DNA of 62,011 bases, filler included, from Sphacelaria rigidula (lineage: Eukaryota): NCBI GenBank assembly GCA_964200075.2. It is 5 parts of 5 records of this genome, joined end to end, with 100 filler letters (N's around TTAATTAATTAA, not from the genome) between each part and the next. Parts side by side here need not be neighbours in the genome. Positions count along the whole stretch, not along the records: positions 24,846 to 37,167 come from CAXNAA020003887.1; positions 37,268 to 49,589 come from CAXNAA020003888.1; 3 more parts are not named here. One strand, given 5' to 3'. The stretch's first letter is position 1. Every line of letters starts with the position of its first letter. Positions 26,801 through 37,519 of the stretch are shown here, piece after piece. The notes under the pieces are model-generated. The model saw only the letters and a program-made list of their open reading frames with translations, searched no databases and was not told the DNA's origin. Made by a program: the position numbers and the translations under genes.

Positions 26801-29800
26801 ATTACAACTGTCAAAAAGTGTAATGAGTACAGTATCGGATCAATCGTCGACGACAGTAGACAAAAGATTTGATACTGTTCGCAGTAATGTAATTTATTGT
26901 CCCTGCCTGATCAGCCAACCCCATGTGCCATACCCTCGGGTGGCGGTTATTAACGGTTTTCAATGGTTCGACCTTTCTTGTCGACCCTACCAGCGGCCTA
27001 CGGCGGGGACCGTAGTAGGCCTCATTCGAGGGAGGACAACAGTACGCGACGTAGTTTACGTCGTGGAGGCGTTGCAACCAGGCGTTGCCTCATCGGCGAC
27101 ATACATACACTCGAGACCGAGTATCAATGTTGATTCTCTGAGAAGACACGAGTGCGACATGACGCGATACATGAGGAGAAAAACAGCGTTGCGGCAAGTT
27201 TTGGTGGTTTTCAACACGCTGAACAAGCCAAACTGTCATACAATGTGACTATGAAACGTCGGTCTGAAAGCGAGTGCCTCCAAGCTGAAGGCACGACGTC
27301 GAATTGTCTTGATTGATCAATTGATTGATTCATCGATCGTCGCACATTAGCTGATCCCCTGCTAAACGAATCATAATCCAGCCGTGGTCAAAAGCTAGAC
27401 GTTTCAGAGATGAAAAAAAATAAAAACACTCACGGGAGGGAAGTTAAGAAAACAAAAGAGGTACACTAGACAAACCAAGCAATCTGAATGAGAAAAACAA
27501 GACAATATATATAAATATATATATATATATAGAGAGAGAGAGAAATCGCCGGCCTCTGCAACATGGTTTCAGGTGAAAAATGCTTCGCGCAGAAGCACAT
27601 GCACTCATGACTGGACGGAAAAAACAAAAGCCGTGGGGACAAATTGCGGCTCATCTCTTTCTGCCGAAATATTTTCAGTATGAGCTCTCACCCATGAATC
27701 CTACGCAACGAAGATGTACAATTAAGGGAGGCATCAGACACTTTCTACGATACCCCCCCTTAAAAAAAAATGGCTGATTTGGGGAAGCAAAATCTTCGCG
27801 TGAATCGAAATGAAAAAAAAAGAGGAGCACAACGAGCAGCTGGGAATTTCCACGCTTGGGTTCGTTCTCGCCGATGTCGCTCATATGAGGCGCTTCATGC
27901 AGCCTGAACCCAAACATCAGGCGCCGTATGACCCCTTTTTTCGTGACACTTTTGGGCTGTTTTTTTGGGGGGGAAGGAGGGGCTATCGTAGAAAGTGTCA
28001 TCATATGAACAGCCTCCATGAAATCAGATGTAACGCATTCTGACAAGCAACCTTCTTCTGCAGGCACGATTCAGAAAACAATAAATGCATAGTACGGAAG
28101 AGGAAAACGTTCTTTTTCCTTCGTTTATTCGCCTGGATAAGCGTTGACCTTGTGACACGGCTATATTTGTGGCGGATCAATGGACTCTAGGCTTATCTAT
28201 TTATCCCTCGAACAACCATCCTCACTGACGACAAGCCCGTGTCGTGGTTGCGAACAAACAACTCCACTCACAAGTTTCACGAGGTGCTGCCTGGAGGTGT
28301 CGAAGTCGGGGTCAAAATCCAGATGCAGAAGTTCGTGGACCTTTTCCCGGACCGTTCTGTGCTGCGTTCCTTCGCCGTTGGATTCGATTCTCTGCACAAT
28401 AGATAGACACGAAGAACACGAAATAGATACTGTAGGAGCAATCATTTCCTGTGCGGAAAAAGAAGAGAGGAACTCCTAGGAACGACCGAGCGTGTCTCGA
28501 GAAGCAGGGGGACATGGAAAAAGTCAGGACAACACACACAGGAGCACCCTGACAACGAGGCTCGTTAACCGGCGTTCGGCTACAAATGTCCACGGCTGAC
28601 ACAATTTTACAAGTATCGCTACCCCTAACCTTAACCCCAACCCAACGCATACCGAGAACCCTCGGGCAAGGGCGGCACATGGCATTCCCTAGGCAAAGTG
28701 CGGCCTTGGTAGACCCCATATCGGCGCCTGTGGCGCCGGCCGTATCTCGATGGTCTAAGCGTTCGATAGATGAATCGATTGATTAATTGATTGAGTAAGT
28801 GTCTCACAATGCTTGATCCCCGAGGAATCACGTTGCGGGTACAAGACGGACGAAGAACTGGTACACCGACTGCCGGTCAGACCAGAAGGCTGAGATATCG
28901 AATCCCAACGGATACGATGTTTTTTCAGGGGGATGTGGCTTCCGTCGTTGAAATCCCGAAGACGTGAGTTGTAGAGAAGGTGTATTAGACCACAGTCGAC
29001 GGAGAGCTAGAGTGCCGGTCGAATCTACCAAGGTTGTGTTCTGTAAGGTACGGGTTTCTGTATACCCGGGGTATTTTGCCGGGTACTTACCGTACCCGAC
29101 AGTTCTGTAAACTCTGTAAGACTTTCATACCCTTACCCGATAGTTCTGTAATCTCTGTAAGACTCCCGAACCGTTACCGGGGGGCACGGGTATACTCTTG
29201 ATAAGATACCCAATTGCGGGTACCGTTTTTTGTGCAACCTCCATACCCTACCCGACAGTTTCTGTGAGTTCTGTAAGCCTCCCGACAGGTCCGTGAGTTC
29301 AGTACAGAATGTTCACCCGTACCCGGAGCGCAGGTATGCTCTTGAAGGATACCCGATTGTCGGTACCAGTTTTCTGTAAGCCTCCCATACCGTACCCGAC
29401 AAGCTCTGTAATTTATGTAAGATTTTCATCCAATACCGGTACCCGACAGTTCTGTGAGCTCTGTAAGCCTCCCATACCCCTACCCGGGTTTAGGGTATAC
29501 CGTTATAGATATACCCGATTGCAGGTGTAAGCACAGGCATATACCTTGGGGAGGCACGGATATAGGTTGAATCCAAACACAACCTCATGACCTGAACATG
29601 TACCTCCGATCGATCAACCCACCCAATTCCTTCATTTAAAACTGCACACCAACAACATTCAATGTTGAAAAGTTCTGTAGTTTGGGATCTGGCGGGATAC
29701 GAAGTACCGCTGAGTGGAAACACGAAACATGAGCAGCACTGCAGACCGTCAGGATGGATCACCCCCAGACTCGACTGGAGACTCGAGCGGGGGCGGCTCA

Positions 29801-31141
29801 TCTGCGCCACGAGAGGATCAAGTAGCAAGACGCACGTCATCGACGTTGAATGTGGCTGTGTCGTGGTCATCAAACCCCAGGCCGTTTTCGACATGTACAG
29901 CACAGAGTATGAACCACCACTGAAAGTCGTCAAGGCCGTCGGCGATTTTGTTGCGTGCCGACGGGCTTCCAGAGAACGGGCAGCCGTGAATGCTCCTTCA
30001 TGTACTCTCTGGGAGTGTTCTTAAAGCCGATAGATGTTGACGATCCCATGCGCATGTACTGCTGCGATTGTTCGTGTAGTCTTTCTCCATCAACCCCGTG
30101 AAGCCGTTCAGAGTTTTTGTGAACTGCCATCATCTGTATTTCACCACTGTTGTAGTGACGTAGGTTCCACCACAGGGGTGATGATAATACCAAGGTCGAC
30201 TTTTGGAGGGTACGTTTTTCTGTAAACCCGAGGTATCTTTCCGGGTATTTACCGTACCCGACAGTTCTGTAAACTCTGTAAGATTTCCATACCGGTACCC
30301 GACAGTTCTGTAATCTCTGTAAGACTTTCATACCCGTACCCGATAGTTCTGTGAGGTCTGTAGGCCTTCCGTACCGTTACCGGGGGGCACGGGTATGCTC
30401 TTGATAAGATACCCGGTTGCGGGTACGGTCATCTGTGTAACCTCCATACCCTCCCCGACAGTTTCTGTGAGTTCTGTAAGCTTCTCCTACCCTTACCCGA
30501 CGGTTCTGTGAGTTCTGTACAAAACCCTTATCCTAACCCGAGGGGCGGGTATGCCCTAAAAGAGTTACCCGATTGCCGGTACCGGTTTCCTGTAAGCCTC
30601 CCATACCGTACCCGACAAGTTCTGTGACTTTTATAAGACTTTCATACCGGTACCCGACAGTTCGGTAAACTCTGTGAGACTTTCATACCGGTAACCGACG
30701 GTTCTGTAAGGTCTGTAAGGAATCTCAAACCCTACAGAACATACCCGTACCTTACAGAACACAACCTTGGAATCTACGATGCCAAAATGTCGGGCATATC
30801 TTTCGGGAGGGGGGATGGGTTGATCCCTGGAGTATGACGAGAGAACAAACTAAAAATGAATCGAGACGCATCCGGTATTTCCGCTGTTTGTGCCTTGGTG
30901 CGCACCAGGAGTTTAGTCCCCAGCTAGTGCAATGCGCATACCACACCGAAGGCCAAACGCTCCGCATTAAAAAGGCCAACTGCGACTCTTTAGGGGTCAA
31001 CGAGTCGTTACGGTGCCCCATTTACAAACACACACACACACACACACACACGGTTGTTGTTTGAGACCGTCTTGGTCGGACCTGATGAGTTGCAGCTATC
31101 ACACCGTCACGGTTGATGCCGGCGTCCTTGGAACTTTCTAT
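23828..31141 (-). CDS. Multi-exon gene for an EF-hand-containing protein of unknown family; candidate exons 31141-31082, 30979-30906, 30826-[TE]-28852, 28391-28272, 26388-26281, 23936-23828
   Basis: Phase-compatible AG/GT junctions. The join 28272/26388 creates RQHLVKL|FNILDTNGSGTISYEAMRMGL, an EF-hand. The last listed exon lies across the contig join at 24746-24845. Candidate upstream exons 33803-33567 and 32744-32443 could not be linked in phase. Confidence 0.6.
27737..27999. mobile_element. MITE, same family as 6322-6557, 4-bp TSD (ATCA)
   Basis: TIRs GACACTTTCTACGATACCCC / GGGGCTATCGTAGAAAGTGTC; ATCA at 27733-27736 and 28000-28003. Confidence 0.82.
29029..30769. mobile_element. Non-autonomous hAT-type DNA transposon (27-bp perfect TIRs, 8-bp TSD GAATCTAC)
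   Basis: TIR CAAGGTTGTGTTCTGTAAGGTACGGGT at both ends; GAATCTAC at 29021-29028 and 30770-30777; arrays of ACCCGACAGTTCTGT subterminal repeats. The hAT call rests on the 8-bp TSD and CA-start termini. Confidence 0.9.
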
Positions 31142-34100
31142 CTGGGCACTAGCCTCCCTGTGTAAAAGCACAAAGCATGCTGGCATCTGTACTTCCTCCA
31201 TTGTACTATTTGGCTTCGGGGCTGGATTTTAAACTAAATTCAAGTAAATCGGCGAAATACCACCCCCCGTCCGGCAAACGACCAAGGCAAGCAACAAATG
31301 AGTACACCCCCCCCCTCCCCCCCCGCAAGCAAAACCTCCATATTCCTATTTGCGTACGGAGACATGCGACGAATTTGGCGCCGATCTTCGGGGGGAAAGT
31401 GCCGGATCCGTCATTGGCCGATCCTTCTTTGCGCGGCGTTTGTAATCCTCAACTCTTGTTTCGTCGTTGTAAAGCCCTGTCCTCAACGAGTTGCCGCATA
31501 TATATATATATATATATAATCCGTCATAAATTCTACATCCGATAGAGTTGGATTTTCCCATGTTTCTGCGAGATTTCGCATAATTTGATGCATCAGCGCC
31601 CGTGGATTTTTGCACACGTCGGAGAGCTGATGAGCTACCTGGACATTACTTGTTACTAGAGTACTGATCCGGATCATGAGCTAGCTCATTTGACCACTAT
31701 TTCCGTATTAGCTCACGACAGCCATGGACGCCGAGCACGCCGTGTAGCGGGAAGGTAACGCTTTGGTTCTCGAACGCTGCTGTCACATGTGCTGTATTTT
31801 TGTACAATGATTCCGAGAGTTCTCTTCGATTGCTTCTTTCAGGTAGCTCATGACCTATCCGACCTGTGGATTCTTGTCACACCAAGTCTGGATCATGACA
31901 CCGCCCTTAGCAATGGAGGTAGATGCAAACGCTTACAAGGGTCTTCCCCGATCGTTCTCCGGCATCTGATGTGTGGTAATCTCACACATCCTGACGAAAT
32001 CGGTTCTCATGCCGAAATATGTGATAAAGCAGAAAGGGAGCGGTGAAAAAGAGGTGTGTACAAAAATGAAAGTTACTAAGAGCGAAACTACCGGGAAACA
32101 AAAAAGACGATGTTATATAACAAAATATTGATATGATGAAACGATGGGCCACTGAAAAATAAAGAAAATAAAACGTTAAATAATGAAAACAATGGAATAA
32201 TGGAATGATGGAGAATAAAATATTCAATTAAAATGATTAAAAAAAATGAAAAAAGAGTAACGAATATTGAAAAATACTCATGTTTGAAAAATGAACACAT
32301 GCACTCTTCGACTACAAAAGTAATACAAACAACGAAATAATGGGAAAATAAATTAACAAAATAATAAAAGATAGACATAATAAAGCAAACATGAAACAAA
32401 GTACACATAACAAATCAACTGAATACCGGGACTACCCGCTCACCATACCTCCACCCATACACCCACCTCAAAATCACTGCCTCCAACACCACCGTACGTC
32501 CCGCCACCCCGATCGGACTCATCCATCGAAATAGAACGCACAGGGCCCCACCGAAGCCGCCTCCACAATGACGTCCCACGCCGACTCCCGCCCCCCCTGG
32601 TTCCTGCCCCCCCTGCTCCGCTCACAAAGGCAGACGAAGTCGAAGACGCCAATCCGTTCGTGACCCTAGTGCTATCTTCGCTGGTGAAGCGAGCTCGCCA
32701 CGCCCCGCTTCCCCTCCAAAAGGCCTCAACCGCAGGGTTTCGTCCTTTCATGTAGTGGATCATCGGAAGAGAATGGCGGGATGGGACACGGAGGGACACG
32801 AAGGAAGGGGCGGTGGGGCGTACTCATTTGTTGCTTGCCTTAGTCATTTGACCATTGACCACGCATCCCTTTCGAGACGGAGCACAAAGGGGCGGTGGGT
32901 GGGGAGGGGATACTCATGATCCTGTATGGCGCAGTCATATATATGACCATTGGCCTCGCATCCCTACAATCCCGAGGCGGAGTACCCCGGGTTGGGGTGT
33001 GCTCATTTGCTGCTCGCCTTAGTCATTTGACCGTTGACCCTCTGAGCCTTATCAGTATCTGAGTCCCGTTCTTCCAAAGCCAGCGAACGATATTTTTCTT
33101 CCAAAATAAGCGAGGTTTCCAGACGGATGGGTCACAACCTGCTTCCACCACACTTCTTTCTGCACGGGCTTTTTAACCAAGGCCCGGGCAGGAGCCGGTC
33201 CTCATTCTTCTGGGTCCGATACTACACGTCAGCCTGGCGCTTGATTTTCTCGTGCTTTGTCGACCATCTCTTTTTTTTTGTTTCTGACTCTCCTTCGGCG
33301 AGTGTTTTCTCAAGTACGTCTGTCCTGTGGTCACTTCGCATTATAACAGATCCGGTAAAATGTGCGACAACCAATCAATCGTACCGTGCGTATGCCCCAA
33401 GGGTCGACGCAAAATACTCCGAGCTCGTGGCGGAAAAATTGAATGCGCATCGATGACATCAACCAGCAAATCAATCGACAAAGGAACAACTCAATTGTAC
33501 TATATGAACTCCCAAGGTTCGGCTACGGTCTGATCCACGTGTGGCGGCCACTCTTTCTTCACTCACCAACGGGGCTCGCGAGACTGCTCTCTCTGTAGAG
33601 CCGCTCTCCTTCATGTTGACCTTCGGAGTGATGTCGTCGCAACAGCGGCAAGGCATCACTGTTGATATTGTTGATACTCGCACTGCTACAAGGCACACTC
33701 GACCCTGCTATCGCCCCTTCTCTTGCTCCTGCTCCTGCTCCTGCTTCTGTCGATGGCGCATCGCGGGTGTTTCCCGCATTCACGCGAGGGAGCGGCACCG
33801 GGCCTAGAAGCCGTCCTGGCGGTATTTTTTTGCGAGCAAGAGAGCGTCAAACCGAGAGAAACAGCAAGGGGAAAAGGTTCAAAACGCGCGGTGAACCGAA
33901 ACGATAAGAGCGGGAGGGGGTCCCGCCAACCCGGCTCCCTAAATCGCTGGTCGAATACATCTCTGGTGTGGCCGAAGTCAAGGACTGACCTTAACCTAAC
34001 CTGCGGGATACCGTAGACTGCGGGCGCTCGCGCAAGGCAAGGGGTGTGCGCACGGTGCCCTAGGCAAAATGTGCGTTGCCAGTGCTTGAACGAGCGCCTG

Positions 34101-36100
34101 CGGCACCGGTATGAGCCAGAACGCCTGCGAAGCACATGAGGCGATCCCTAGGGACTGTAAACCCAAGAAAGTTCTGAGTATGACAGTCCACACTTGAACC
34201 AAGTACCGTAGAATACAGTGTGTACGACCGCCGGGTCCTACCATTTTGGGCCCATAAAGGTCATCATCAGGGGTTAGCATTCGGGAGGGGGTATCGGGTA
34301 CTACGAACTTCACTACAGTACTGTGGATATCGACATGGTGCCAAAATAGCCGACATCTCATCACCCCGGGGTGTTTTCCAGGGGGGGGGGGGGGGGTTCG
34401 CATACTGTATAGTAGGGGTACGGCTCGTATGCACCATATTCCACGATATTTATCAACCATGGCTTTGGAGAGCCGCGTTTGAGGAAATTACGTTGGGGAT
34501 AACAAACACATGAGTTTCTTACACGCAGACCAGGCCGAGTCATTCATCAAGACCCCGGTTACGTGTGGAGGTAGATCTTGCCGGCACCGGGAAGAAGCAG
34601 GCTTGTACGAGGCTTCTGTGTATGCCGTATGATGTCTCTTGATACAAGCGTACATAGAATGGGTGTCCTGTTTACAGGGGCTCAGAATATCGAAAGCACT
34701 TCGGCTGCGGCTCAGAGCAGCGGGTCAATCACAGCACTTTTTTTTTTCAATTTTAATTTTTTTTTATTGATATTTACCCTCGTTTTAAATGTCACGCCCA
34801 AATGATTCGTCGACGTCATCCTCCGAAGTTGCAGAACGCACAGACCGTCGTTCAGTGGCGCCTCGACCACGTCCATGAGTATTTTCGTGTAGGACGAGCC
34901 AATCAGAAACTCTTCCCACGAAGCTTCCTGATGCAAGGCCATGAAAGGTCCCCCTCATACGATACTCCATATACGATACAGCCATCAGCCGCTAGGTGTC
35001 TTTCGATAGATTTCGGCGGCAACCACCTGTATCCGCGTCCATCAGGGAAAGACCAGTGTTCGTGTCACCCTCGTCACCACCTTTATGAAAGCAGTGATCA
35101 TAGGAAGTCAGGTGATTCGACCAAACATGAAATCACAACTTTATTAGCCTGAACCCATATGTAGGTTACGCTATGGTTATGTCATCTAAGAACTCCGGCT
35201 CGCGTCATCCAAGAACTCCGGCTCATATTTACACACCGCAACCCGTAAACTCACGATGGATTTTCCTTCTCCAAACAGTCGGCGCAACTGACACAATACA
35301 ATTATCGTGAACACGCACTGATCATTCTCCATTCTGCCATCTGGAACGTGATCTCACAACTACTACCCACTCTGGCACGGAAAATGGACTCTGCCCCACG
35401 CAATCTGTTCTGGCCAGATACGTCGGCCGTCGGTGTGGTGTGGGTGAACCCTGTATGCGCTTCTGTGTGCTGCAGCCTTGCACAAAAACCTATTCGTTAG
35501 AGCTCGGAAATGGTTTGTCCAACCATTAACCAGATGAATAGTTACGCGTAGCGCACTCATTGTGAACGGTACATAATGGTTTGGTCATCGAGCGGCGCAG
35601 TCGTGAGCCAAAACGCCCTCTCCGGCAGAGAGGGCCCCGCTGGAGGCGCCGTGGCGGAGGCACGTTTTTACGCGATTTGGCTTCACTGCAGCTAAAATTA
35701 CCGTGAAATTTGAGCCAATTTTCAAGGGTTGTATGTAGCCTACGTAGCTGGTAACGGCTTATAGAGCCGGTAACGGTAAAAAATGGTTTGAAACCATTAT
35801 CCAATTTTTTTATTGTACCATTGCGATTGTCACCATAATAATGATAATGACCAGTTATAATTGGTACCATTTCCGAGCTCTACTATTTGTACCTACGCGT
35901 GAGTTCTGCACCATCTGGTACCGCCAAGCAGAGGGATACTGCCGGAACACGCCTGGTGGTTGACGCTCGAAATATAATTTTGGGGAGCCCCGTACATGAA
36001 AGAGCTCCGTGGAAAGAGTTTTTGATTGGCTCGCCTCACATGTATTTGAGAACACATACAGGCTAGGCCGCCGAAGATTCAAACAGGAATGTTGACACGC

Positions 36101-37034
36101 GAGTCCCGAGCTCACTTTTTCATTGTTTTCGATTAAATTTTGACACGATGTACAGGGCGTACATGCAAAAACCCCGAACCCCCCCCCCCTCGTGTTTTTT
36201 TCCCTTCTTCGTGAAACAATGATTTCGTGAGATAAAGAGTAGAGCATACGATTAGGAGTGAAAAGCGGTCAAGTAGTGAATGAACCGTTTCAGTTCCGAA
36301 AGGCCCCCTCCACGAGGACCGATATGTTTTCTGTAGTAGCTTGCCACTGAGGCCCTTGATATCCCTGAGTAGGATATCGACGTGTCGCTGTAAGCACACG
36401 CTTGTGATGGAGGCAAAGAAAAGCACACACGGAATAAAAAACTGGCGAAGATACAGCGGATTACCAAAGCCACTCTCAATCAGTGCTCAACTCTCAATCT
36501 CACGAAAACATTGTTGTGAGTAATTGGCGATTTAGTTCCGAAAAACTGTTCTGAAATATTTTGTCACCGATAACTCACGAAGAAAAAACAACAAAACACG
36601 GGGGGGGGGGCGGGGTTCGGGGTCTTTGCGTCTACGTCCTGTACATCGTGTCAAAATTTCATCGTAAACGATCCAAAATTGAGCGAAGAATACGCGTCAT
36701 TCCGTCGATAACCGGTTACTTTAGTATATGGAGGTAAACCAGTTACGAATAGTTCAAACGCATTTATGTTGTTCAATTTCAAGGTGTTTTCAATGATTTT
36801 TTTATACGATATACAGGACGTATGTGCGAATACCGAACCTTTCCTCCTATGTTTCATTTTATTTTCTTCGCGAGTTATTGGCAATTTCGTTCCGGAAAAA
36901 ATGTGCTAAAATGTTCCGTCGCCAATAACTCACGAAGAAAAAAAAAAAAAACGGGAGCAACGAAGGGGTGTTTGCACATACGTACATTATGTCAAAATTT
37001 CGTCAAAAAATACTAAGTATTGAGCTCGGGAATC
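36101..37034. mobile_element. Inverted-repeat-bounded non-autonomous element
   Basis: CCCGAGCTCA at ~36105 and TGAGCTCGGG at 37021-37030. Internal inverted blocks (TTTTGACACGATGTACAGG..ACCCCGAACCCC at ~36138-36190 versus ~36600-36658). No clear TSD. Confidence 0.45.
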
Positions 37035-37519
37035 GTGCTACAGCTTGTGCGGCACCACGCGGCACAAAACTGACTGTAACCGGAAATCCAATCCCAGCCG
37101 CTTCCTTCTGGCTAATTCCGCCGCACATAGTGTACCCTCAACTCTATACACTTTCGCACTTGACTACNNNNNNNNNNNNNNNNNNNNNNNNNNNNNNNNN
37201 NNNNNNNNNNNTTAATTAATTAANNNNNNNNNNNNNNNNNNNNNNNNNNNNNNNNNNNNNNNNNNNNTCGTTAGGAGCCCCTGAACCAGACAAAATTTCG
37301 CGACAAAAGTGCACCCCTACCGTAGCGTTGCTCCCTTTTTCTTTCTTTCTTTTTTTCCTAGATCGTGTTCCAGTTTCGTTTTTCTTGGGTACGTCTATCA
37401 TGAGACCGCGGCTGGATTCCTGGGGGGTCAGCTAAAGTGCGACAATCAATAAATCAAAATCAGTTGGGGACAACCTGATGTGTCACGAATGCATGGAGGG
37501 GATTCAAGCAGAGGTGATC

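Noticed and set aside
31982-32408. Hydrophobic Phe/Ile-rich minus-strand ORFs (also ~60400-60610)
   Set aside because: Translation of A-rich low-complexity DNA, not membrane proteins.
34560-35150. Possible decayed transposase on the minus strand
   Set aside because: Coding-like fragments only, with no recognisable catalytic motif.
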